From positions 1-37,348 of the forward strand of contig JAZUKI010000009.1 of assembly GCA_045643205.1 (NCBI GenBank): a stretch of DNA of 37,348 bases, written 5' to 3'. Below the pieces are notes generated by a model. That model did not search any database and was not told the DNA's origin. It saw nothing but the letters and a program-made list of their open reading frames with translations. The first letter of the stretch is position 1. Each line of letters begins with the position of its first letter. Positions 1-10,900 of this stretch are shown here, piece by piece. A program made the position numbers and the translations under genes. This DNA comes from Clostridia bacterium (lineage in GTDB: Bacteria; Bacillota; Clostridia; TANB77; CAG-508).

Positions 1-375
1 CATTTGTAAATTAAAGTTTTCACCCTCAATTGATATCTTTCCATCTCTTAAATATCCTTGTGATAGAACATTGATATCCATGTAAAGTGTGTCTGTTGAA
101 TTTAAATTTGTACAACTTCCTAAGATTTTTTCTGCTGTTCCATTTCCATCTAAGTCCTTAGTAAAGAAAGCTGTAAATTTTACAAATTCACAGTTATCAA
201 ATACTTCATCTTCACTTTTTACAGTTTCATATTCTCTTGAATGAATCATATCTGGTGTAATTTCTTTTCTGTTGTTTGATTTTATTATACCGCCAGCAAT
301 CATAGCTATTGCTATTGCAACAACTATAATTAGTCCAATATGAAATTGTTTTTTGTTTAATAATTTCTTAAACAT
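1..375 (-). CDS. 5' part of a membrane-anchored or secreted surface protein, running off the window edge
   Basis: Not in the ORF track; translated by hand as MFKKLLNKKQFHIGLIIVVAIAIAMIAGGIIKSNNRKEITPD...KDLDGNGTAEKILGSC..., open to position 1. AGGAG RBS about 7 nt upstream; basic N-region plus hydrophobic helix; DxDGNG Ca-binding-like motif. Confidence 0.85.
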   Translation of the reverse strand, partial: MFKKLLNKKQFHIGLIIVVAIAIAMIAGGIIKSNNRKEITPDMIHSREYETVKSEDEVFDNCEFVKFTAFFTKDLDGNGTAEKILGSCTNLNSTDTLYMDINVLSQGYLRDGKISIEGENFNLQM

Positions 376-586
376 AACATTTCTCCTTTGTAAAATTAAT
401 CAATAATTTAGCCCTGGTTTATTAATCAATTTTCCGTTTTTGTTGCACTAATTATCTTCCTATATAATATAGTCTTCCATGGAGATTAATTATCATTAGT
501 AAAAATGTATGAAATATTAGAGTAGTTTTGTATTTAAAGCCTTTTATTTCGTAGACTTTCCTCATTTTTCATTTATCAAATTGCGC

Positions 587-621
587 AAAAAAAGAAGATA
601 AGATTGACATCTTATCTTCTT
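587..621 (-). terminator. Intrinsic terminator of the tuf/str operon
   Basis: 13-bp perfect stem AAGAAGATAAGAT/ATCTTATCTTCTT with 4-nt loop, followed by a T-run on the minus strand. Confidence 0.85.
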
Positions 622-667
622 GAATAAAACATATTAAATTCTAATTGTTTAATATCTAGTAATAAAA

Positions 668-1876
668 TTACTCAATGATATCTCCAACAACTCCAGAACC
701 TACTGTCTTACCACCTTCACGGATAGCGAATCTTAATCCTTTATCCATAGCGATTGGTGTGATTAATTCGATTGTCATTTCTAAGTTGTCTCCACCCATA
801 GCCATTTGTTTGTCAGCTGGTAAATCAATTTTTCCTGTAACGTCTGTTGTTCTGAAATAGAATTGTGGTCTATATCCTGTGAAGAATGGGTTCTTTTGTT
901 TTCTTCCACCTTCTTCTTCTTTTAATACGTATACTTGTGCTTTGAATTTTGTATGAGGTTGGATTGATCCTGGTTTTGCAAGAACTTGTCCTCTTTCAAC
1001 ATCTTTTCTATCAACACCTCTTAATAGAACACCTACGTTATCACCTGCTTCAGCTTCGTCTAATGTTTTTCTGAACATTTCGATACCTGTTGCAACTGTT
1101 TGTTTCTTTTCTTGTGATAAACCAACGATTTCTAGTGTATCACCAACTTTTAATGCACCTGTTTCTACTCTACCTGTAACAACAGTTCCACGTCCTGAAA
1201 TTGTCATAACATCTTCGATTGGCATTAAGAAAGTTTGATCAACTGGTCTTTCTGGTGTTGGGATGTAGCTATCAACTGCATCCATTAATTCTTTAATGCA
1301 AGTATATTCTGGAGCATCAACTTCTTTTGAAGCGCACTCTAATACTTTAAGAGCTGATCCCTTAACGATTGGAATTTCGTCTCCTGGGAATTCATATTCT
1401 GTTAATAGATCTCTAACTTCCATTTCAACTAAGTCGATAAGTTCTGCATCATCAACCATATCGCATTTATTTAAGAATACTACGATATATTTAACACCAA
1501 CTTGTCTAGCAAGTAAGATGTGCTCTCTTGTTTGAGGCATAGGACCATCAGCTGCAGAAACTACTAAGATAGCTCCGTCCATTTGTGCAGCACCTGTGAT
1601 CATGTTTTTAACATAGTCAGCGTGTCCTGGGCAGTCAACGTGAGCATAGTGTCTGTTGTCTGTTTCATATTCAACGTGAGCAGTATTAATTGTAATACCT
1701 CTTTCTCTTTCTTCTGGAGCGCTATCAATTGAAGCATAATCTTCAAATTGAGCATATCCTTTTAAACTTAAAAATTTTGTAATAGCAGCTGTTGTTGTTG
1801 TTTTACCATGGTCAACGTGACCGATAGTACCAATATTAACGTGTGGCTTACTTCTAACGAATTTTTCCTTAGCCAT
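668..1876 (-). CDS. tuf: Elongation factor Tu
   Basis: [33 protein letters not shown] and [14 protein letters not shown] motifs; downstream of fusA. Confidence 0.99.
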   Translation of the reverse strand: MAKEKFVRSKPHVNIGTIGHVDHGKTTTTAAITKFLSLKGYAQFEDYASIDSAPEERERGITINTAHVEYETDNRHYAHVDCPGHADYVKNMITGAAQMDGAILVVSAADGPMPQTREHILLARQVGVKYIVVFLNKCDMVDDAELIDLVEMEVRDLLTEYEFPGDEIPIVKGSALKVLECASKEVDAPEYTCIKELMDAVDSYIPTPERPVDQTFLMPIEDVMTISGRGTVVTGRVETGALKVGDTLEIVGLSQEKKQTVATGIEMFRKTLDEAEAGDNVGVLLRGVDRKDVERGQVLAKPGSIQPHTKFKAQVYVLKEEEGGRKQKNPFFTGYRPQFYFRTTDVTGKIDLPADKQMAMGGDNLEMTIELITPIAMDKGLRFAIREGGKTVGSGVVGDIIE

Positions 1877-1949
1877 TTTAATTCCTCCTTAAATAGAATT
1901 TTTATTATATAATATTTTAAATTATAAAAACAAATTTAACACTTGCATT

Positions 1950-1978
1950 ATTTTATAACAATTAAATATTAAATGCAA
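1950..1978 (-). promoter_or_regulatory. Internal sigma-A-type promoter for tuf
   Basis: TTGCAT-17 nt-TAAAAT, bracketed by the inverted repeat CTTGCATT/AATGCAAG. Confidence 0.55.
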
Positions 1979-2010
1979 GATTTTTATTTTTTTGTTGAAA
2001 TACTGAAAAC

Positions 2011-2108
2011 AAGCAATTTCAAAGCATTTGCAGTTAATATGTTTATAAACAATTTAAATGTGTTCGCCTTTTAATATGTTTGTAAGCAATTTCAACATGT
2101 TCGCAGTT
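2011..2108. repeat. Degenerate ~37-bp tandem repeat, about 2.5 copies, between fusA and tuf
   Basis: TTAATATGTTT at 2034 and 2071; AAGCAATTTC-like blocks at 2011, 2047 and 2084; TGTTCGC at 2061 and 2098. Confidence 0.65.
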
Positions 2109-2117
2109 TTATAAAAA

Positions 2118-4205
2118 TTAGTCTTCTTTCTTTGTTCTTGAAGAAATAATTTCATCTGCAACATTCTTTGGAACTTCTTCATAATGAGATGGTTCCATTG
2201 AATATGTTCCTCTACCTTGAGTTTTTGATCTTAAGTCAGTAGCATATCCAAACATTTCTGAAAGTGGAACAAAACCTCTAATAATTTGAGATCCGCTTCT
2301 AGCTTCCATTCCTTCTAGTTTTCCTCTTCTAGCATTGATATCACCGATAACATCACCCATATATTCTTCTGGAACTGTTACTTCGATTCTTTCAATTGGT
2401 TCAAGTAAAACTGAATGACCTTTTTTGCATCCTTCTTTGAATGCGATTGAAGCTGCAACTTTGAATGCTGCTTCTGAAGAGTCAACTTCGTGGTATGAAC
2501 CATCAACTAAAGTACATTTGAAATCGATAACTGGGTAACCAGCTAAAATACCTGATTCAGCAGCTTCTCTCATTCCGTCTTCAGTAGGTTTAATAAATTC
2601 TTTTGGTACAGCACCACCAACGATTTTATTTTCGAAGATGATTCCTGAACCAGCTTCTAATGGTTCCATATCAAACCATACGTCACCGTATTGTCCGTGT
2701 CCACCAGATTGACGAACGAATTTACCTTGAACATGTACTTTGTCTCTAATTGTTTCTTTATAAGAAACTTGAGGCTTACCTTCAGTACATTCAACTTTAA
2801 ATTCTCTCTTTAATCTATCAACGATGATATCAAGGTGAAGCTCACCCATACCAGCGATGATTGTTTGTCCAGATTCTTTATCTGTCCATGTTTTGAATGT
2901 TGGATCTTCTTCAGCTAATTTTTGAAGAGCTATACCCATTTTTTCGCTGTTAGCTTTATCTTTTGGTTCGATAGCTACATCAATAACTGGCTCTGGGAAT
3001 ACCATGTTTTCAAGAATAATTGGGTGGTCAACATCACATAATGTATCACCAGTTCCAATTTCTTTTAATCCAACTACTGCAGCAATATCTCCAGAGTAAA
3101 CTTTTTCAATATCTTCTCTGTGATTTGAATGCATTAATAATAATCTTCCCATTCTGTCTTTCTTGTCCTTTGTTGCATTTAATACAGTATCACCTGCATT
3201 GCATACACCAGAGTAAACTCTGAAGAAACATAACTTTCCAACAAATGGATCTGTTGCAATTTTGAATGCTAAAGCTGAGAAAGGTTCTTTGTCAGAAGCT
3301 TTTCTTTCTTCTTCAGCACCTGATACAGGGTTTACACCCTTAACTGCATCGATATCTAAAGGTGATGGTAAGTAATCAACTACAGCGTCAATAACTTCTT
3401 GAACACCTTTGTTCTTGTATGAAGAACCACAGCATACTGGAATAATATTGTTAGCTAAAGTACCTTTTCTTAGTCCTAGCTTAATTTCTTCCTCTGATAA
3501 TTCTCCACCTTCTAAATATTTTTCCATTAAAGCATCATCTTGTTCAGCTGCTGCTTCAATCATTTCAGCTCTATATTTCTCAGCGATTTCTTTTAAATCA
3601 TCAGGAACTTCAGTTTCTTCAATTTCTTTTCCTAATTGGTCTGGTTGAATATAAGCTTTCATTTTTATTAAATCGACGATACCTTTAAGTTCTTCTTCTT
3701 TTCCAACTGGAACTTGAATTGGAACAGGATGGCATCCTAATCTTTCTTTCATTTGCTCAACGCAAGAATAGAAATCAGCACCAACAACGTCCATTTTATT
3801 AACGTAACAAATTCTTGGTACCTTATATTTATCAGCTTGTCTCCAAACTGTTTCAGATTGTGGTTGAACACCACTCTTGGCAGCTAATACTAAAACTGCA
3901 CCGTCAAGAACTCTTAAAGATCTTTCAACTTCAACTGTAAAGTCAACGTGACCTGGAGTATCAATGATGTTAATTCTATGACCTTTCCATTGGCATGTTG
4001 TAGCTGCAGAAGTAATTGTTATACCTCTTTCTTGCTCTTGAACCATCCAGTCCATAGTAGCTTGGCCATCATGAACTTCACCGATTTTGTGTGTTTTACC
4101 AGTGTAGAATAAAATTCTTTCTGTAGTAGTAGTTTTACCAGCATCGATGTGAGCCATGATTCCGATATTTCTAGTTTTCTCTAAAGGAAACTCTCTATCT
4201 GCCAT
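2118..4205 (-). CDS. fusA: Elongation factor G
   Basis: [26 protein letters not shown] and DTPGHVDF motifs; 695 aa; str operon position. Confidence 0.99.
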   Translation of the reverse strand: MADREFPLEKTRNIGIMAHIDAGKTTTTERILFYTGKTHKIGEVHDGQATMDWMVQEQERGITITSAATTCQWKGHRINIIDTPGHVDFTVEVERSLRVLDGAVLVLAAKSGVQPQSETVWRQADKYKVPRICYVNKMDVVGADFYSCVEQMKERLGCHPVPIQVPVGKEEELKGIVDLIKMKAYIQPDQLGKEIEETEVPDDLKEIAEKYRAEMIEAAAEQDDALMEKYLEGGELSEEEIKLGLRKGTLANNIIPVCCGSSYKNKGVQEVIDAVVDYLPSPLDIDAVKGVNPVSGAEEERKASDKEPFSALAFKIATDPFVGKLCFFRVYSGVCNAGDTVLNATKDKKDRMGRLLLMHSNHREDIEKVYSGDIAAVVGLKEIGTGDTLCDVDHPIILENMVFPEPVIDVAIEPKDKANSEKMGIALQKLAEEDPTFKTWTDKESGQTIIAGMGELHLDIIVDRLKREFKVECTEGKPQVSYKETIRDKVHVQGKFVRQSGGHGQYGDVWFDMEPLEAGSGIIFENKIVGGAVPKEFIKPTEDGMREAAESGILAGYPVIDFKCTLVDGSYHEVDSSEAAFKVAASIAFKEGCKKGHSVLLEPIERIEVTVPEEYMGDVIGDINARRGKLEGMEARSGSQIIRGFVPLSEMFGYATDLRSKTQGRGTYSMEPSHYEEVPKNVADEIISSRTKKED

Positions 4206-4236
4206 TGTCTTTCTCCTCTCAATATTTTATCTCTAA

Positions 4237-4707
4237 TTAAAATTTGTAATGAGCAAAAGCCTTATTAGCTTCAGCCATCTTGTGCATATCTTCTTTCTTC
4301 TTGAAAGATCCACCATTACCTTGTGTAGCATCTAGAATTTCAGCTGATAATTTTTCAGCCATTGTTTTTTCATTTCTTTTTCTTGCATAAGAAACTAACC
4401 ATCTTAATGCTAATGTTTGTCTTCTTTCAGGTCTGATTTCTAGTGGAACTTGGTATGTTGCACCACCAACTCTTCTTGCTTTAACTTCAAGAACTGGCAT
4501 AACATTATTTAAAGCTTCTTCGAAAACTTCAAGAGCTTCTCTTCCTGTTTTTTCTTTAATAATGTCAAAAGCATCGTAAACGATTTCTTGTGCAACTGTC
4601 TTTTTACCATCTAACATAACATTGTTGATTAACTTTGTAACAACTTTGCTATTAAAAATTGGATCTGGTAAAACATCTCTTTTTGCTATATATCCTTTTC
4701 TTGGCAC
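4237..4707 (-). CDS. rpsG: 30S ribosomal protein S7 (156 aa, GTG start)
   Basis: (M)[19 protein letters not shown]...[11 protein letters not shown]...[16 protein letters not shown] at 4707 follows AGGAGG, so the 192-aa track ORF is over-extended. Confidence 0.98.
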   Translation of the reverse strand: MPRKGYIAKRDVLPDPIFNSKVVTKLINNVMLDGKKTVAQEIVYDAFDIIKEKTGREALEVFEEALNNVMPVLEVKARRVGGATYQVPLEIRPERRQTLALRWLVSYARKRNEKTMAEKLSAEILDATQGNGGSFKKKEDMHKMAEANKAFAHYKF

Positions 4708-4730
4708 TATTCTTCCCTCCTTATAAATTT

Positions 4731-4836
4731 TTAATGTCCTATTTGACATTAGGTACTCGGAACTATTTAAATTACTGCTTACGCTTACTTCATTTAAATT
4801 TTCCGTATAGCGCAATCTATCGAAAATTTAAGTACG
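4731..4836 (-). promoter_or_regulatory. Structured rpsL-rpsG intergenic RNA, candidate S7 autoregulatory site
   Basis: Closing helix GTACTT/GAGTAC encloses the stems TAAATTTTC/GAAAATTTA (with inner ATAG/CTAT) and ATTTAAAT/ATTTAAAT; a TAATGTC/GACATTA hairpin follows just before the rpsG RBS. Confidence 0.45.
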
Positions 4837-4880
4837 AACTTAATTATCAATTATTGCACTAATTCAATGGTATGAAACTA

Positions 4881-5294
4881 TTAAGCCTTTGGCTTCTTTG
4901 CTCCATATTTGCTTCTAGCTTGTTGTCTATCCTTAACTCCGGCTGTATCTAATGTTCCTCTGATGATATGGTATCTAACACCTGGAACATCCTTAACTCT
5001 TCCACCTCTTATTAGAACAACGCTGTGCTCTTGTAAGTTGTGTCCTTCACCTGGAATATAAGCTGTAACTTCATAGCTATTTGAAAGTCTAACTCTGGCA
5101 ACTTTTCTTAAAGCTGAGTTTGGTTTCTTAGGAGTAACAGTTTTAACTACTGTACAAACACCTCTTTTTTGTGGTGATTTAGCATTAGTTGGTCTGTTCT
5201 TCATTGTGTTGAAACCATGTTGTAAAGCTGGAGATTTAGATTTTGCATGTGAGCTTTTTCTTCCTTTTCTAACTAATTGATTAATTGTTGGCAC
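4881..5294 (-). CDS. rpsL: 30S ribosomal protein S12 (GTG start)
   Basis: [29 protein letters not shown] and [13 protein letters not shown] motifs; Firmicute-type N-terminal insert. Confidence 0.99.
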   Translation of the reverse strand: MPTINQLVRKGRKSSHAKSKSPALQHGFNTMKNRPTNAKSPQKRGVCTVVKTVTPKKPNSALRKVARVRLSNSYEVTAYIPGEGHNLQEHSVVLIRGGRVKDVPGVRYHIIRGTLDTAGVKDRQQARSKYGAKKPKA

Positions 5295-5369
5295 TTAAAT
5301 TTCACCTCCTTTAAAATAAAAAAATACTGTTCTTTTGAGAAACGATTTTTTTCTCAGCGAACAGTACAT

Positions 5370-5398
5370 ATTTTATCATTTTTATGTAATTTTGTCAA
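5370..5398 (-). promoter_or_regulatory. Sigma-A promoter of the str operon
   Basis: TTGACA-17 nt-TAAAAT with extended -10 TG. Confidence 0.8.
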
Positions 5399-5409
5399 CG
5401 ATTTTTTCT

Positions 5410-6834
5410 TTATTTCCGTAGGGTTTGTAGAACTTTTAATGCTCTCTCACTTAATAGTCCATATTTAGCTTTTTTATCTCTTTTTACAACACTCTTTTTC
5501 AAGCCAGAAGCCTCAATTTCCCCATCTGTAAGACTTGGAAGAATTCCGTAATTAGCATTCATAGGTTGAAAAGCCTCATTTTTCGAAGAAATATAGCTTG
5601 CTAGAGCGCCAATCATAGTTCTAGAATCAAATGTAATTTTGTCGAATTTTGTCGAATTTTCGAACTGTTGTGCCGCGTTTATTGCAGCTACTAGTCCAGA
5701 CGCAATTGATTCAACATAACCCTCAACTCCAGTTATTTGGCCTGCAAAATAAATATTGGTATTTGCCTTAAAATTGTATGTATTATCTAATAATTCAGGT
5801 GAATTTATAAATGTATTTCTATGCATTACACCATACTTTGTAAATTCAGCATTTTCAAGACCCGGTATCATTTGAAAAACTCTTTTTTGCTCTCCAAATT
5901 TAAGATTTGTTTGGAATCCAACCATATTATATAAGTTACCCTCGCTGTTATCTTGTCTCAATTGTACAACAGCAAATGGTCTCTTGCATGTTCTAGGGTC
6001 ATCAAATCCAACTGGTTTTAATGGTCCGAAACGTAACGTGTCATCGCCGTTTTTTGACATTATTTCTATAGGCATACAACCTGAAAAAATTTCTTTCTTT
6101 TCAAAATCATGTAAAGTTACCACCTCTGCATTATTTAGTTCGGTAACAAACTTATAATACTCCTCTTTATTCATCGGAAGATTTATGTAATCCTCTTGAG
6201 AGCTTGATAAATCAGCAGTTCTAGTCTTCCATTCTTCTTCGCTTTCATCTTTTTTCTTTTCTTGATCATATCTATTTCCATAAAAAGCAATATCAAAATC
6301 AATAGAATCTTTTTCAATAATTGGTGCTGCTGCATCATAAAAATGCAAGTCATTTTCGCCCGTTAATTTTTGAATTCCTTTAGACAATTCGTCTGATGTT
6401 AGTGGTCCTGTTGCAATAATTACAATACCTTCATTCACTGCTTTTTCAAGCATTTCAGCAGTAAATTCTTCTTTGATAATCTCAATGTTTTCCATCGATT
6501 CTATTTTTTCAGTGATCTTTTTTGAAAAAACCTCTCTATCAACTGCTAGTGCTTGTCCTGCGGGAACACTAGTTACATCAGCCGTTTTAATTAATAATGA
6601 ATCTAACCTTCTTAATTCCTCTTTTAATAAGCCACACGCATTTGTAAGTAAATTTGATTTAAAAGAATTGCTACATACAATTTCAGCTAAATCTTTATTA
6701 CTGTGTGCTGGTGAAAACTTAACAGGTTTCATCTCATATAATTTTACTTTAATTCCTCTTTTTGCTATTTGATAAGAGGCCTCGCATCCAGCAAGGCCTC
6801 CCCCTATAACAGTTATATAATCAACTTTTTGCAT
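5410..6834 (-). CDS. trmFO: Folate/FAD-dependent tRNA (uracil-5)-methyltransferase TrmFO (Gid)
   Basis: GGGLAGCEA, AEIVCSNSF, VPAGQALAVDR, LRFGPLKPVG, GVMHRNTFINSP and AGQITGVEGYVES motifs. Confidence 0.97.
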   Translation of the reverse strand: MQKVDYITVIGGGLAGCEASYQIAKRGIKVKLYEMKPVKFSPAHSNKDLAEIVCSNSFKSNLLTNACGLLKEELRRLDSLLIKTADVTSVPAGQALAVDREVFSKKITEKIESMENIEIIKEEFTAEMLEKAVNEGIVIIATGPLTSDELSKGIQKLTGENDLHFYDAAAPIIEKDSIDFDIAFYGNRYDQEKKKDESEEEWKTRTADLSSSQEDYINLPMNKEEYYKFVTELNNAEVVTLHDFEKKEIFSGCMPIEIMSKNGDDTLRFGPLKPVGFDDPRTCKRPFAVVQLRQDNSEGNLYNMVGFQTNLKFGEQKRVFQMIPGLENAEFTKYGVMHRNTFINSPELLDNTYNFKANTNIYFAGQITGVEGYVESIASGLVAAINAAQQFENSTKFDKITFDSRTMIGALASYISSKNEAFQPMNANYGILPSLTDGEIEASGLKKSVVKRDKKAKYGLLSERALKVLQTLRK

Positions 6835-6867
6835 ACTTTCTATACTTTCTATATTTTCTTATATTTG

Positions 6868-7869
6868 TTATCTTTCTTCATCATCTATGTCATTATATTT
6901 TTGTATGTATCCTTCTTCATCTACGAATTCTTCATCAGGAATAACCCAGTCAGGATTATATCTATTTTTTTCTTCTTCTTCTTTTATTTGACCTAATCTT
7001 TGTTCTGCATTATATAATTCTTGTTCTGCTATTGTAAATTCTATCTTCTCTTCAACTTGTTCGATATATTCTTCTATATTTCTTTTATATCCTGTTACTC
7101 TATTTGCTTTGTCACAAATATTTTGTAAGGTTTTTGGTTTTTCCAAAATTAATTGGCCACCCTTTTTAGAAGAATCTATTTGTCCTTGTCCAATTAATTC
7201 ACTTCTTTGTTGCATAAATTCCTTTACATCTTTTAAATCTTCTAATTCTAAATCCCATAACCTTAATTTATCATCTTGAGTTACTGTATTTATTCCTCTT
7301 ATTGTAAGATTAAACAATATATCAAACTCTTTCGCATATTCAGATCTAAGCTTATTTTGATAATCTTTTGCTATGTAGCTTTCACTATCATTCATACACT
7401 TAGCATATTTAATTTTTTTATCTTGCCAATAAAGAAGTTCTCTTGTATTTGTATATAAAGTTTTTCTATATATTATTTCTTTTTTTATTCCTGAAGTTGT
7501 TTTAAGATCATATGGAGCATTTTTTTGAATTGCATTATATCTTGTAGTCATCTCCGTACGATTATCACAAAGATCATTTTGTAATAAAGAAATATCTTCA
7601 TATATTTGTTTTTGTAATTTCTTTATTCCTTCTTGTGTATTATAACCACCTTCTTTATATATTCCATAATAATTGCCATTTAATTGTATCTCTGATTTAA
7701 TTAAATCTCTTCTAAGGCTTATTAAATGTTGACGCTTTTCTACTTCTGTTCTATAAGAATTTTCATCTTCATATGCTTTTATTTGCTCTCTTATTTTTCT
7801 TATTTTTGCTTTATATTGTTCCGCATAATTAGTATAACGATCTAATTTTGACTCTTCAAAATAGCCCAT
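6868..7869 (-). CDS. Hypothetical charged coiled-coil protein with acidic C-terminal tail
   Basis: 333-aa ORF with AGGAG RBS and own promoter; no motif recognised. Confidence 0.8.
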   Translation of the reverse strand: MGYFEESKLDRYTNYAEQYKAKIRKIREQIKAYEDENSYRTEVEKRQHLISLRRDLIKSEIQLNGNYYGIYKEGGYNTQEGIKKLQKQIYEDISLLQNDLCDNRTEMTTRYNAIQKNAPYDLKTTSGIKKEIIYRKTLYTNTRELLYWQDKKIKYAKCMNDSESYIAKDYQNKLRSEYAKEFDILFNLTIRGINTVTQDDKLRLWDLELEDLKDVKEFMQQRSELIGQGQIDSSKKGGQLILEKPKTLQNICDKANRVTGYKRNIEEYIEQVEEKIEFTIAEQELYNAEQRLGQIKEEEEKNRYNPDWVIPDEEFVDEEGYIQKYNDIDDEER

Positions 7870-7905
7870 ATAAACTCCTTTTTTCTTTCAAAAAACTACA
7901 CCTTA

Positions 7906-7934
7906 ATTTTAATATATTTTCCTATTTCTGTCAA
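7906..7934 (-). promoter_or_regulatory. Sigma-A promoter for the orphan-trmFO unit
   Basis: TTGACA-17 nt-TAAAAT. Confidence 0.7.
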
Positions 7935-7937
7935 AAT

Positions 7938-10900
7938 TTACTCGAATAATTCCATAATTTCATCTTTGCTCAATTTGCTGATAAATGTCTCATTTGTTGA
8001 TAGCATATCATCAGCAAGTTTTGCCTTCTTTTCCTGTAATTTGTATATCTTCTCTTCAATAGAATTTTTAGTAATCAATTTATAAACTTGAACATTACGT
8101 TTTTGTCCAATTCTATAAGTTCTATCTGTTGCTTGGTTTTCAGCTGATAAGTTCCACCATGGATCATAATGAATAACCATGTCAGCCCCAATCAAGTTTA
8201 ATCCTGTTCCGCCAGCCTTAAGTGATATTAAGAAAACTTTAATGTTTTTGTTCTTGTTAAATTCATTTACTAATTTCATTCTTTCAGAAACCTTAGTTTG
8301 TCCTGTAAGTTTTAAGTATTGAATTCCCTTTTCCTTCAAACCTTCCTCAATATATCTAAACATTGATGAATAGCCTGAGAATAATAACATCTTGTGTCCG
8401 CCAGCTGCAGCATCTTCAATAATTTCCATACATTGATTAAGTTTCTTGCTACCCTCTGTATAGTTTTCTAGAAATAATCCTGGGTGACAACAAATTTGGC
8501 GAAGTCTCATTAATAATGCAAGAATTTTAATTTGGCTATTTTGAATTCCGTTAGTTTCAATTTCTTCACTAACTTGTTGTTTAGCACTTCTCATATAAGC
8601 CATATAAAGTTTTTGTTGCTCGCCTTCCATCTCATTTGTTAGTACACTAATTGTTTTTTCAGGTAGCTCAGTTAAAACTTTTTCTTTTACTCTTCTTAAA
8701 ACAAATGGCTCTATCATTTGTTTTAATCTATTCATTACTTCAGGACTATCTTCTCTAATAATTGGTGATTCAAATTGAATCTTAAACTTGTTATAAGTAA
8801 ACAAGTATCCTGGCATTATAAAATCGAAAATTGACCAAAGTTCTGCCAATGAATTTTCAATTGGTGTTCCTGTTAATGCATATCTTGTATCTGCTGTTAT
8901 TTCTTTAATTGCACGTGCATTCTTTGTTGTGTTGTTTTTAATATATTGTGCTTCATCTGCAATTAAATATCTAAATTTGTAATTGTATTTTTTATAAATA
9001 TCTAAATCTCTCTTTAATAAATCATAAGATGTTATTACGATATCATACTCAGGAATACTCTCAATTATTTTTTCTCTAACTGTTGTATCACCACTAATAA
9101 CAACGGTTTTAATATCAGGTGTAAATCTAGCTGCTTCTTCTTGCCAGTTCAAGCATAATGAACTTGGGCAAATAACTAAGCTAGGTCTCTTTTCATTTTC
9201 AGCTGTTGTATCAGAAGTTTTTAAAGAAGTATCTAGTGCGATTTGATTTCCACCTTCGATGCTGTTATTCTTTTCGCACTCTTCTATGTATGAATCAATT
9301 ACAGCTAAAACTTGAACTGTTTTTCCAAGTCCCATATCATCAGCTAAAATTCCGCCAAGCTTGTAATCATCAAGTGTTTTTAACCAATCAAATCCAACTT
9401 TTTGATACTCTCTGAAAAGTGCCTTTAATCCGTTAGGTAAAACATATTTATCAGATATTTGTCTATTATAAACATCATCAATTAATTCTTTATATTCTTG
9501 TGATTGCTTAACTGTAATCTCACTTTGTTTTAATATTTTGTCTAAGTATAAACTACGATAAATTGGAACTTGTACTTTTCCTGAAGTTAATTGTTTAAAA
9601 TCAACATTTGTTCCTTCATATAATTTCTTCAAAGCATCCAATGTTGCATTGTTCTCTAAGTCAACAAACTGTCCATTTTTTAATTTGTGATATTTTTGTT
9701 TTAAAATATATCCTTGCATAACTTCTTCAAGTTCTGCTTTATCAAAATTAAGTTCTGAAAGATCGATGCTTAATAAATTGTTTTCTATCTTTACGCCAAT
9801 AGATGACATCTTAGGTGAAATGATTTGTCTTGATTTAAAACTTTCTGTTGCCAAAACTTCATACTTTTCAATCAATTGTTCAACACCAACTTTAATAAAG
9901 TCATAAATTTTTGCTTCATCAGTTAGTACTAATTCTTTTTTATTCATATCAAGCATGAAACCGCAATCCTTCAATAAATCTAGTGCTTTAGACTCTGCAA
10001 TTACATTTCTTGAAACATCAAATGGATCTTGATCGAATGGATTAAATTCTATGCTCTCATATTTAAAATTAACATTTGCTGTTACAAAATCACTCTTTGT
10101 ATAATCCAAAAATATATTAACTTTTAAATCACTTGGTAAATATTCATCTAGCTCATATCTAGGAATGCTATCAAGAATAATTTTAGTTTCCATCTCTGGA
10201 ACTATAAGAGAATAAAGGTCTGCAAGTTCTCTCTTCTTAAAAGGAATTTCTGAAATTAAATTTACTCTAAAAGCAGATAATAATTTTAAAGTTGTTTTTT
10301 CAAATCTATTTGAACATCTAAATATTTTATTGTTCTTTAAGAAATATAAATATTCTTTTCCTTTTAGAACAGTATAATCATATACGTCTATGTTTGTAGT
10401 TAACGCATAAGCTTCATCGTTTAATTCTTTAACTTCAAATTTAATCGCTGGTTCACGATCAATAAATTCTAATCTATCTTCGCCATACTCATCTAAATAC
10501 AATGATGAATTGTTTTTCATAACTTCAAAAAACTCATCAAGTGCTGATTTTGTTAATAGTATATGTTCATCATTTAATACAGAAGGATAATATGCACTAT
10601 TATTTTCATTTGCATATTTTAAAATTTCTGCATACTTCAAAACGAAGTTTATCAATGGTTTCGACTCTTCATCAAAAGCATTAATAGAATGTATAAAATC
10701 TAATTTTTGTCCGTATTTATATTTTTCACCATTTTGCATTCTGTCATAAAATTGAGGAATGCTTTTAATTTTGTACATTTGCTTGTTGCCAATTTTAAAT
10801 TCAACTTTTAAGTTCTTTTCAAACTTATCAAAAATAACACGTGGCTCAACTCTTAGCTCCCCTGTACCTGCAAGTTTGACTTGTTGTTCTGATTGTTCCT

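Noticed and set aside
2011-2108. Possible CRISPR array (36-37 bp units)
   Set aside because: Units abut with no unique spacers, are degenerate, and no cas genes are present.
4708-4815. 36-aa N-terminal extension of S7
   Set aside because: The canonical 156-aa S7 starts at GTG 4707 with a strong RBS; the extension is intergenic sequence.
4881-5294. Streptomycin-resistance allele of rpsL
   Set aside because: The lysines in PKKPNS and RVKD are wild type.
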